64,000 bases of DNA from Myxococcales bacterium (GTDB lineage Bacteria > Myxococcota_A > Polyangia > Polyangiales > DASUME01). Made by a program: the position numbers and the translations under genes. Shown here piece after piece: positions 55,774-64,000 of the stretch. The stretch's first letter is position 1; each line of letters opens with the position of its first letter. The stretch is from contig JASGJH010000001.1 of the NCBI GenBank assembly GCA_047601445.1, positions 2,656,001-2,720,000 on the forward strand, written 5' to 3'. Under the pieces are notes generated by a model. The model had not been told where the DNA came from. It was given only the letters and a program-made list of their open reading frames with translations, and did not search any database.

Positions 55774-56493
55774 TTACTCCATGGGCACGAGCGGAAGCCC
55801 GCCGGGTAGCTTGGCGTCGCTCGGGCGCAAATACAGCGGCTCGAGCGTGGCCAACTCCGGGGCGCCGGCACGCTCGAAGAGCAGCGCAGCCTCATGGGCC
55901 AGGCAGGCCGCGCGAGGCACGTCACAGAAACGGGGGCTGCGCTGCACGAGCTTGCCGAGCGGCGCGAGCAGGGCGTCGCCGTAGCGGTCGAGGCCATCGC
56001 CGGCCAGCCAAAGTCGCTCCTCGGGAACCGCCGCGCGCAGATATTGAGCCGCATCGGCAGGCAGCGCATGGAAGGGCGCCACAACCTCCACCAGGTCCGC
56101 GTGCTCGTCCCGCGCGTAGGCCGCGCAGTAGACCTCTCCCTTGTGCGCGTCCAGCACCGGCACCGCCAGGCCGACCCCGTGCCCCATGCCGCGCGCGAGC
56201 GTGCGCAGCGAGGTCACCCCGACCAGCGGCTTCTGCTCGGCCAGGGCCAGCCCCTTGGCGGTGGCCACGCCGATCCGGACCCCCGTGAACGACCCGGGAC
56301 CGATGCCGACCGCCAACAGATCGAGCTCGGCCAGTTTCACTCCGGCATGGGTGAGCACGCGCTCCACGTGCGGCAACAGCGTTTCACCGTGGGAGGCGCG
56401 CACCGAGGCGCTCAACTCCGCGAGGAGGCTGCCATCCCGCAGGACAGCCACGGTGCCGAGAAAGGTCGAGGTATCGAGGGCGAGGACCAACAT
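55774..56493 (-). CDS. tsaB: tRNA t6A37 biosynthesis protein TsaB
   Basis: LALDTS, GPGSFTGVRIG, DA.K.EVY, PLYLR. Confidence 0.94.
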   Translation of the reverse strand: MLVLALDTSTFLGTVAVLRDGSLLAELSASVRASHGETLLPHVERVLTHAGVKLAELDLLAVGIGPGSFTGVRIGVATAKGLALAEQKPLVGVTSLRTLARGMGHGVGLAVPVLDAHKGEVYCAAYARDEHADLVEVVAPFHALPADAAQYLRAAVPEERLWLAGDGLDRYGDALLAPLGKLVQRSPRFCDVPRAACLAHEAALLFERAGAPELATLEPLYLRPSDAKLPGGLPLVPME

Positions 56494-56601
56494 CCGCAGG
56501 CCGCCACGTACGCCCTGGAACTGGCCCCCGCAAGGGCTGAGGCATCCAAAGCCCCGCCTTCTTGACCCCCTGCCCCCAGCACGGTACCCCTGCGACCCGC
56601 A

Positions 56602-57186
56602 ATGCTCGGTCTCCTCACTCCGACCGACCCTAGCTGGGTCCAGGCTGCCCAGAACGACTTGGTCGGGCTGCTCTCGGATCATGCCCATTGCGAGCTCAAG
56701 GCCGCCGTCGCGGCCCTCGCCTTGGTGGGTCGCTTCGGTGCCATGTACCCGCCCCTGGTGGCCCCCCTGTCGGCCCTGGCCCAGGAAGAAACCGGCCATT
56801 TTCGCGCGGTGCACGCCCAGCTCGGCCAGCGCGAGGCGGCCTTCACCACCCCCGAGCCCGACGCTTACGTGAACGAGCTCTGGAACGCGACCAAGCCCGA
56901 GCGCGGTCAGGTCCCGGTGGTGCTCGACCGGCTGCTGGTGAATGCCCTGATCGAGGCGCGTTCGTGTGAACGCTTCAAGTTGCTCAGCGAGGGCCTTGCG
57001 GACCTCGCGCTACGTCAGTTCTATCGGGAGCTGATGGAATCCGAGGCCCGCCACTATCGGCTGTTTTGTGGCCTGTCGGAGGAGCTGTTTGGTGTCAAGC
57101 TTGCGCGCGAACGACTGTCGCAGTTGGCGACGCGCGAGTCACAGCTCTCGAGCAAATTGCCGCTCGGGCCCAAGGTGCACGGATGA
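56602..57186 (+). CDS. miaE: tRNA-(ms2io6A) hydroxylase
   Basis: DHAHCELKAA, EETGHF, IEARSCERF, ESEARHY di-iron motifs. Confidence 0.92.
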   Translation: MLGLLTPTDPSWVQAAQNDLVGLLSDHAHCELKAAVAALALVGRFGAMYPPLVAPLSALAQEETGHFRAVHAQLGQREAAFTTPEPDAYVNELWNATKPERGQVPVVLDRLLVNALIEARSCERFKLLSEGLADLALRQFYRELMESEARHYRLFCGLSEELFGVKLARERLSQLATRESQLSSKLPLGPKVHG

Positions 57187-57866
57187 GCGAGGAGTCTGGC
57201 CAGAGTAATTTCAAGACCATCGGCAGTGCGATCCTGCTCGCCATGTTCATCCGCATCGTCCTGTTCGAAGCCTTCGAGATCGAAGGACCTTCGATGGAGC
57301 CCACGCTGCTCAACGGGGATCGCGTGGTGGTGGCCAAGTTCGTGTACGGGCTGTTCTTGCCGTTCATGAACGAGGCGGTGACGAGCTGGGGGCTGCCGAA
57401 TCCGGGTGACGTGGTGATCGTGCGCAGCCCGCGCGACAACGTAGACATCGTGAAGCGCGTAGTGGGCCTGCCGGGAGACACGCTCGAGCTGCGAGACGGC
57501 GTGATCTACCGGAACGGCAGCGCCGTGCCGCATGTGAGCCTCGGTAGCTGCCAGGACCGCGCCGATGCCGGACCGTTCGGTTGCGAGTGGGTCGAAGAGA
57601 AGCTCGGCGAGCACACCTATCGGATCAGCCAAAGCCTCGATTCCATCCGCACTACGCGCCCGCAGATCAAGGTCGAGCCCGGCCACATCTACGTGCTCGG
57701 CGACCACCGCGACCGCTCCAACGACAGCCGCGCCCTGGGCACGATCTCGATCAGCCGCGTGAAGGGCAAGGTGCTCTCCATCTACTGGTCGAGTGAGGGC
57801 GGCCCAGCCGGCTGCGCTTCGATCGACGGTCTGCGTACCGAACGCATGTTCCGCAGCGTAGACTGA
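57183..57866 (+). CDS. lepB: signal peptidase I
   Basis: SMEPTL..GD, VKRVVGLPGD, GDHRDRSNDSR; ATGA overlap with miaE. Confidence 0.92.
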   Translation: MSEESGQSNFKTIGSAILLAMFIRIVLFEAFEIEGPSMEPTLLNGDRVVVAKFVYGLFLPFMNEAVTSWGLPNPGDVVIVRSPRDNVDIVKRVVGLPGDTLELRDGVIYRNGSAVPHVSLGSCQDRADAGPFGCEWVEEKLGEHTYRISQSLDSIRTTRPQIKVEPGHIYVLGDHRDRSNDSRALGTISISRVKGKVLSIYWSSEGGPAGCASIDGLRTERMFRSVD

Positions 57867-57964
57867 GGGCAATCCCCGAGCTCTGGCGGCCGCGTTTTGG
57901 GCGCAACTGTTCGGGTGCTCACAGGAAGCCCCCCGGGGCGAAGCCCATTTAGCCAAGGAGAAGC

Positions 57965-59452
57965 ATGAGTCTCGGCAAGTACCAGAGCGAGATTCGCGAG
58001 CGCCTACAGGACGAGGTCGGGACCATCGTCAAGGACGCGCCTGAGAAGGTCGCGCTGCTCTATCCGAGCCCCTACCACGTGGCGATGTCGTCGCTCGGCT
58101 TCCAGACCATGTACCGCGAGATCAACGCGGCGGTCGGACGCTCCGCCGAGCGCGCCTTCCTGCCCGATGACGTGGCCGCCCATGCCCAGGGCAAGTTGCC
58201 TGTGCTCAGCTACGAATCGCGACGGCCGGTGGGGGACTTCCCCGTGATCGGACTCTCGGTGGCGTTCGAGCTGGAGCTGGCGGGCGTGGTGCAGTCGCTG
58301 GAGCTCGCGGGCGTCCCGCCGCTCGCCAAGGACCGCACGGACCAGCATCCCTTCGTGCTATGCGGCGGGCCGCTCACGTTCTCGAACCCGCTGCCGCTCT
58401 CTCCCTTCGCCGACGCCATCCTCATGGGCGAAGCCGATCAGACGATTCACCAGGCGCTCGACGTGCTCTTCGCGATCCCCGGGCGCCGCGAGCGACTCGA
58501 GGCACTGGCGAACATTCCGTCGTGCTTCGTGCCGGAGATCCACGGCGATCAGCTGCCCGCCGGAGGCAAGTGCTCGGACGAGTTGCTGCCTGCATACGCG
58601 GTCATCCGCACGCCGAATACCGAGCTTCGCAACATGTTCCTGATCGAAGCCGAGCGGGGTTGCTCGCGCGGCTGCGCCTACTGCGTGATGCGGCGCTCCA
58701 CCAACGGCGGCATGCGCATCGTGCCCATGGAGAAGATCCTTTCCCTGATTCCGCCGGACGCCACCAAGGTCGGCCTGGTCGGGGCGGCCGTCAGCGACCA
58801 CCCGAAGATCTGCGACCTGATCGAGACCCTCGCCGACCGCGGCGTGGAGACGAGTCTCTCGTCGCTGCGACCCGACCGCTTGAATGAGCGCTTCGTGGCC
58901 GCGTTGCGCCGCGCCGGACATACCGCGTTGACCACCGCCAGCGATGGAGCGAGCCAGCGCCTGCGCGACACCATCAATCGCAAGACGCGCGAGAAGCACC
59001 TCCACGAGGTGGCGCGCCTGTGCCGCGAGCACGGCATGAAGCGCCTCAAGCTCTACATGATGGTGGGGCTGCCGGAGGAGATCGACGAGGACATCGACGA
59101 GCTGATCCAGTTCGGCACCGAGATCTCGAAGATCATCCCGCTTTCCCTCGGCATCGCGCCCTTCGTCTCCAAGCGCAACACGCCCCTCGACGGGCTGCCC
59201 TTTGCCGGGGTCGAAACGGTCGAAGCTCGTCTCAATCGCCTGCGTAAGGGTGTGCGGGGCCGGGTCGACGTGCGGGCCACCAGCGCCCGCTGGGCGTGGG
59301 TCGAATACGTGCTTGCCCAGGGCGGAGCCGCCGAGGGGCTTGCGGTCTACCAGGCCGTCCAGGCCGGCGGGAGCTTTGCGGATTACCGAAAGGCCTTCGC
59401 GGCCTTGCCGACCGCACGCAAGAAGCGCCCCCTGGCCATCGCAGCCCTGTGA
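57965..59452 (+). CDS. radical SAM protein of unknown substrate
   Basis: RGCSRGCAYC (CxxxCxxC), AMSSLG, SSLR.D, KLYMMVGLP.E; AAGGAG RBS. Confidence 0.88.
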   Translation: MSLGKYQSEIRERLQDEVGTIVKDAPEKVALLYPSPYHVAMSSLGFQTMYREINAAVGRSAERAFLPDDVAAHAQGKLPVLSYESRRPVGDFPVIGLSVAFELELAGVVQSLELAGVPPLAKDRTDQHPFVLCGGPLTFSNPLPLSPFADAILMGEADQTIHQALDVLFAIPGRRERLEALANIPSCFVPEIHGDQLPAGGKCSDELLPAYAVIRTPNTELRNMFLIEAERGCSRGCAYCVMRRSTNGGMRIVPMEKILSLIPPDATKVGLVGAAVSDHPKICDLIETLADRGVETSLSSLRPDRLNERFVAALRRAGHTALTTASDGASQRLRDTINRKTREKHLHEVARLCREHGMKRLKLYMMVGLPEEIDEDIDELIQFGTEISKIIPLSLGIAPFVSKRNTPLDGLPFAGVETVEARLNRLRKGVRGRVDVRATSARWAWVEYVLAQGGAAEGLAVYQAVQAGGSFADYRKAFAALPTARKKRPLAIAAL

Positions 59453-59528
59453 GGGAGCCCAGACGGGCCCCCCATTTGGTGCCGACCTTGACAATACCGG
59501 CCCCGGGGGGGAGGCTCGCGTGTCCTCG

Positions 59529-60194
59529 ATGAAACGGGAACAGCGTCGAAAACAGCTCCTCTCCCTCGCCCGCGACGTGTTCGCCGAGAAGGGCTATCAC
59601 GCCGCCAAGATCGACGACATCGTGGCCCACGCCAAGGTGGCGCGCGCCACCTTCTACCTGCACTTCACGGATAAGCGCTGCGTGTTCGAGGAGTTGGTCG
59701 ACGACTTCCTGGCGCGCATCAGCGCCGCCATCGTGCGCATTCGCCTCGGCGACCACGAGCGACCTCCGTTGGTCCAGCTGCGCGACAACGTTCAGCGCGT
59801 GCTGGGGGTAGGCCTCGGCGACCCGGGCATGACCAAGATCCTGCTCAAGAACGCGGCCGGCCTCGACCCGGACTTCGACCGCAAGGTGCGCGCTTTCTAT
59901 CGCACCATCGAGGAGCTCCTCGCGCTGAGCCTGCTCAATGGACAGCGTCTGGGTCTGGTGCGGGCGGGCGACCGACGCGTGCTGGGCGCGATGGCCCTCG
60001 GTGCCATCAAGGAGCTCTTGATTCACTCGGTGGAGCACCGCATCCAGGCCGCGCCGAACGAGCTGACCGACGACGTGATGGGATTCCTCGCGGGCGGCAT
60101 CCTCGCGAATGGCCTTTCACTCGAGCAGGTGGTGGTGGCGAGCCGTGAGCGCAACGCGAGCTATCCGCCGCTGGCCTACGCCGAAGGCGAGTGA
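59529..60194 (+). CDS. TetR/AcrR family regulator
   Basis: FAEKGYH..IDDIV..A.VARATFYLHFTDK. Confidence 0.9.
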   Translation: MKREQRRKQLLSLARDVFAEKGYHAAKIDDIVAHAKVARATFYLHFTDKRCVFEELVDDFLARISAAIVRIRLGDHERPPLVQLRDNVQRVLGVGLGDPGMTKILLKNAAGLDPDFDRKVRAFYRTIEELLALSLLNGQRLGLVRAGDRRVLGAMALGAIKELLIHSVEHRIQAAPNELTDDVMGFLAGGILANGLSLEQVVVASRERNASYPPLAYAEGE

Positions 60195-60287
60195 TGCTGC
60201 GCAGACGCTCTCCGTAGATCACGGACCAGCCGCTGCGTCCGACAGGATCCGTAAATCGCCTTGGGCCTGGAGCTAAGGCTCGCGGGC

Positions 60288-61178
60288 TTACGGGGCGGGC
60301 TTCTTCTTACGTGCCTGCTTTGCGGGCGCGGCAGGCTCCGCGCCGCTCGCTACGCCGGCATCGACGCTCACCAGTGGCTCGATCACCAGCTCGACATCCT
60401 TCGAACGCTCGTCCTGGCTGAGCCTGAAGGTCGCGCTCGTGGGCTTGAAGAGCGGGTGCCAGGCGTGGACCGTGAGGTCCTGGTCGAGCGGAACGCCCGT
60501 GATGCTGAAGCGCCCCTCGGAATCGGTGATGTCGTAGAGCGAGTGCGCCGTGGAGAGCAGCACGCTTTCACCGCAGTAGCTGCCCAGCCCGCACTTGATC
60601 GTGATGGGGCCAATCCCCTTGATATCGACCTCTCGCTCGGTCTCCGGCAACAACGCCTGCATGAACGTCTCGCCCGGAAGCTGCGGCAGGAACGGGATCT
60701 TCGAGTGACTCACGACGTGCAACTTGTCGCCGGTCATGGCGGCGATCATCGTGGGCATCAGACGACAATCGCGCAGCTCCAGCTCGTGCGTGACCGGCGC
60801 GCGCGGCGGCGCCGAGGTCATGCCCGTGAGCGCCACGTGCAACGGCGTGAGGCCGTGGCTGGTCTCGTTCTCCGTGACCTGCCTGCGATCCGAGTCGCTG
60901 ATAGGGGGGCACTCCTTGGCAGCCACGACGTCGGCCTTGCTCGGCACGGCGGCGAGCGGGAGCTGGGCACCGGGGGCGAGCTTCACGATGCCGTGTAGGG
61001 TGCCGCGAAACTCGGGAGTTAGTGCCGAATCGGGTTTCTTCCCGCCGTTGGGTGCTTCCGCTTTGCCCGCGTCGGTTTTCGCCGGCTCACGCGCCGACTC
61101 CCGCGGAGGCTTGGAGCTGCAGCCTGTGAGGCCGACGAGCCCAACGATGGTGAGCGTACGGGCGAAGGATGAAACCAT
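60288..61178 (-). CDS. lipoprotein with degenerate cupredoxin-like and carboxypeptidase-regulatory-like domains
   Basis: Lipobox LTGC; DC..MP....GD, ITDSEGRFSITGVP...VHAWHP. Confidence 0.7.
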   Translation of the reverse strand: MVSSFARTLTIVGLVGLTGCSSKPPRESAREPAKTDAGKAEAPNGGKKPDSALTPEFRGTLHGIVKLAPGAQLPLAAVPSKADVVAAKECPPISDSDRRQVTENETSHGLTPLHVALTGMTSAPPRAPVTHELELRDCRLMPTMIAAMTGDKLHVVSHSKIPFLPQLPGETFMQALLPETEREVDIKGIGPITIKCGLGSYCGESVLLSTAHSLYDITDSEGRFSITGVPLDQDLTVHAWHPLFKPTSATFRLSQDERSKDVELVIEPLVSVDAGVASGAEPAAPAKQARKKKPAP

Positions 61179-61187
61179 GCGCGTCTC

Positions 61188-62681
61188 TCAGGCGAAGAGC
61201 TTGGCCGCAGCAGTAGCGATGTCGAGATAGCGACCGGGGGCCACGCCCATCTGCAGCACGAACAGCGCCGCCACCACCATCGCAGTGATCACGTAGCCCG
61301 AGCGCATCGGCACGGCACTCGCAGCTCCCTCGGCCGGCTCGCGCATGAACATGTAGATGAGCACGCGCAGGTAGTAGTAGGCGCCGATGGCGCTGGTAAT
61401 GGCGCCCAGCACGGCGAGCCACACCATGCCGCCGCCTGCCTGAACAGCCGCCGCGAACACGTAGTACTTGGCGAAGAAGCCCGCGGTGGGCGGGAAACCC
61501 ATCAGCGAGAGGACGGCGAGGATAAACGGAATCGCGAGCATGGGCTTGCGACGACCGAGGCCAGCCAGATCCTCGTAGCTCACGGCCTCACGGCCTTCCG
61601 AGCCGGCGAAGATGAGCGCGCCGAAGGCGAGCGCGTTCGAGACCGTGTAGGCAGCGAGGTAGAACAGCACGGCAGAGATGGCGGTCTCACCGATCTTCGA
61701 GGCTGCAACCAGACCGATCAAGATGTAGCCCGCGTGCGCGATGGACGAGTAGGCGAGCATGCGCTTGACGCTGCTCTGCGCGACGGCGCCAAGGTTGCCG
61801 AACACCATCGTGAGTGCGGCGAGGCCGGCCAGGATGGGCGGCCAGCCCGACGAACCGGAGGTGAGGTCCGGCCCGGCGAAGCTCACCAGGAACACGCGCA
61901 CCATCACCACGAACACCGAGGACTTCACGCACATGGCCATGAACGCCGTGACCGGCGTGGTGGCGCCCTCATAGGCATCGGGCGTCCACATGTGGAAGGG
62001 CACCGCGCTGATCTTGAAGGCCAGGCCCGCGATCACCAGCATCACGCCCAGGAGCACCAGACGCTCGTCGGCGCTGCCATCCTTGATGGCCGCGGCGATG
62101 CCGGCGAAGTCCGTGTGACCGGTGGCGCCGTAGAGATAGGCGCTGCCGAGCAGCAGGATGGCGGCCGCGAAAGAGCCGAGCAGGAAGTACTTCATGCCCG
62201 CCTCCGCCGCGCGCGCGCTCGTGCGCCGATAGGCCACCAAGGCGTAGATCCCGAGCGACATGGTCTCGAGGCCCACGAACAGACTCAACAGATCGATGGA
62301 GCGCGCCAACACCATGGCACCGAAGGCACTAAACAGGAGCAGCGGGTAGAACTCACCGCGCTCGAGCTTGTGTTCGCTCAGATAGCCACCCGCCAACAGC
62401 GCTGCCAGCGCCGCACCGACCGCGATGACCACGTCGGAGAACAGCGCGAGCTTGTCCGTGGCCAACCAGGTGGTCACGAGTTCGCTGGTGTTCTCGGTGG
62501 CGTGTCCGCTCGTCCACACGCCGCCCGCGACAATGGCCGAACCGGCCAGGATCACTGCGGTCATCATGGCCAGCTCGCTCTTCTCTTCGACGAAGGCGTC
62601 CACCAACATCATGGCCAGGCCTGCCACGACCACACACAAAAGGGGTGCCACCGTGGCCCACGACATGAGCACGCTACTCAT
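61188..62681 (-). CDS. nuoN: NADH-quinone oxidoreductase subunit N
   Basis: EAGMKYFLLG, FKISAVPFHMWTPDAYEG, KRMLAYSSIAH. Confidence 0.96.
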   Translation of the reverse strand: MSSVLMSWATVAPLLCVVVAGLAMMLVDAFVEEKSELAMMTAVILAGSAIVAGGVWTSGHATENTSELVTTWLATDKLALFSDVVIAVGAALAALLAGGYLSEHKLERGEFYPLLLFSAFGAMVLARSIDLLSLFVGLETMSLGIYALVAYRRTSARAAEAGMKYFLLGSFAAAILLLGSAYLYGATGHTDFAGIAAAIKDGSADERLVLLGVMLVIAGLAFKISAVPFHMWTPDAYEGATTPVTAFMAMCVKSSVFVVMVRVFLVSFAGPDLTSGSSGWPPILAGLAALTMVFGNLGAVAQSSVKRMLAYSSIAHAGYILIGLVAASKIGETAISAVLFYLAAYTVSNALAFGALIFAGSEGREAVSYEDLAGLGRRKPMLAIPFILAVLSLMGFPPTAGFFAKYYVFAAAVQAGGGMVWLAVLGAITSAIGAYYYLRVLIYMFMREPAEGAASAVPMRSGYVITAMVVAALFVLQMGVAPGRYLDIATAAAKLFA

Positions 62682-64000
62682 GGCTTGTCTCCGTTGTGCG
62701 CGCCGGCCGAGCCGCGCGCTTCGACTGCGCCCTCGCCGGACGCGAACTGCTTTTGCTGAACCGAAAGGTCGTACGAGTTGACCGAGAGCATGCGGGCCGT
62801 GTCGTCCTCATTGCTGTCGCGGAGCTTGGCGTCGTAGGCGGCCAAGAACGCGTCCACGGACGGGTTCATCTTCTCGAGGAAGAGGTTGGGGAACACGCCG
62901 AGCACGAAGATCAGCGCGATGAGCGGTGCGAGCACGGACAACTCACGCTTGCCCACGTCGGCCAGCTCCTGGTTCTCGGGGTTCTCGTTGGGGCCCCAGA
63001 ACATCCGCAGGGTGGCGTGCAGCATGTACACGGCCGCCAGGATCACGCCGGTGGCCGCGAACAGCGTGAAGAAGAAGGCCGAAGGCAGCTTCTGCGAGAT
63101 GTAAGTCCCGTTGAGGATCATGAACTCGCCGATGAAGCCGTTGGTGGCCGGCAGGCCCACCGAGCTCATCGCGACGATCACGAAGAGCAACGTGTAGAGC
63201 GGCATCACCTTGGCAAGGCCGCCGAACTCACTGAGCAGGCGCGTGTGACGACGCTCGTAGATCACGCCGACCAACAAGAAGAGTGCGCCGGTGGAGATGC
63301 CGTGGTTGACCATCTGCAAGATGGCTCCGCCCACGCCCTGACGGGTGACCGACACGATGCCCAGCATCACGAAGCCCAAGTGGCTCACCGAGCTGTAGGC
63401 CACCAGTTTCTTCACGTCGCGCTGCACCCAGGCGCAGTAGGCGCCGTAGATGATGCCGATGACCGACAACACGGCCAGCGTCGGCGCGAAGCTGTGGGCC
63501 GCCAGCGGGAACAGCGGCATGGCGAAGCGGATGAAGCCGTAGGTACCCATCTTCAGCAGCACAGCCGCCAGAATCACCGAGCCACCCGTGGGCGCCTGCA
63601 CGTGCGCGTCGGGCAACCAGGTGTGGAAGGGGAACATCGGCACCTTGATGGCGAAGGCCAGCGCGAAGGCTCCGAACAGGAACATCTGGGCGTTGCGCGG
63701 CAGCACGATGCCCTGGAGCACCGTGAGGTCGAAGCTGTAGTTGCCCGTGATGTTCTTGTAGGCCGTGACCACGTAGAGGATGGCCACGAACATCAGCAGG
63801 CTGCCGACCATCGTGTAGAGGAAGAACTTGATCGAGGCGTAGATGCGGTCCTGACCGCCCCAGATGCCGATGATGAAGTACATCGGCACCAGCATCAGCT
63901 CCCAGAACACGTAGAACACGAACAGGTCGAGGATCACGAAGGCGCCGACCATGAAGGCTTCCAGGAACAGGAAGCAGAGCGCGAACTCCTTCACCTTCGT
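62678..64000 (-). CDS. nuoM: NADH-quinone oxidoreductase subunit M (5' end beyond window)
   Basis: FYVFWE, IKVPMFPFHTWLPDAHVQAP, LLKMGTYG, AYSSVSH. Confidence 0.96.
   Translation of the reverse strand, partial: TKVKEFALCFLFLEAFMVGAFVILDLFVFYVFWELMLVPMYFIIGIWGGQDRIYASIKFFLYTMVGSLLMFVAILYVVTAYKNITGNYSFDLTVLQGIVLPRNAQMFLFGAFALAFAIKVPMFPFHTWLPDAHVQAPTGGSVILAAVLLKMGTYGFIRFAMPLFPLAAHSFAPTLAVLSVIGIIYGAYCAWVQRDVKKLVAYSSVSHLGFVMLGIVSVTRQGVGGAILQMVNHGISTGALFLLVGVIYERRHTRLLSEFGGLAKVMPLYTLLFVIVAMSSVGLPATNGFIGEFMILNGTYISQKLPSAFFFTLFAATGVILAAVYMLHATLRMFWGPNENPENQELADVGKRELSVLAPLIALIFVLGVFPNLFLEKMNPSVDAFLAAYDAKLRDSNEDDTARMLSVNSYDLSVQQKQFASGEGAVEARGSAGAHNGDKP

Overview
High-GC bacterial chromosome segment, almost certainly a myxobacterium (inferred Myxococcota, probably class Polyangia). 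The basis is an FHA-sigma54 activator, a DUF4388 protein, a Hanks kinase, an ECF/anti-sigma cluster and a split atp operon lacking atpB/atpE. It is mostly core genome: fur, ABC-F, fabD, rel, ligA, rsmE/prmA, hom, atpF'FHAGDC, rnc, dnaB, rplI-rpsR-rpsF, pth, rplY, prs, purE, yajQ, tsaB, miaE, lepB and nuoNM. No rRNA, tRNA, CRISPR array or mobile element was recognised. The strongest unexplained signal is a roughly 230-nt, highly structured intergenic element (about 45899-46125). Its helices are completed by G-U wobbles only on the minus strand and its loops are C/U-rich, so it is a candidate stand-alone sRNA lying between an unusual XRE regulator and an ECF sigma cluster. Other notable items: several apparent pseudo-enzymes (membrane-bound degenerate sigma54 activator, glycogen-synthase homologue lacking catalytic motifs, degenerate cupredoxin lipoprotein), a kinase with an H-NOX/V4R-like domain, a SixA-CHAD fusion, a DnaA-box cluster upstream of dnaB, an S6:S18 leader, and two single-base frameshifts (atpF'/atpF fusion; SixA-CHAD read-through) that may be assembly errors. 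All family assignments come from motif recognition by eye; no database searches or folding programs were run.
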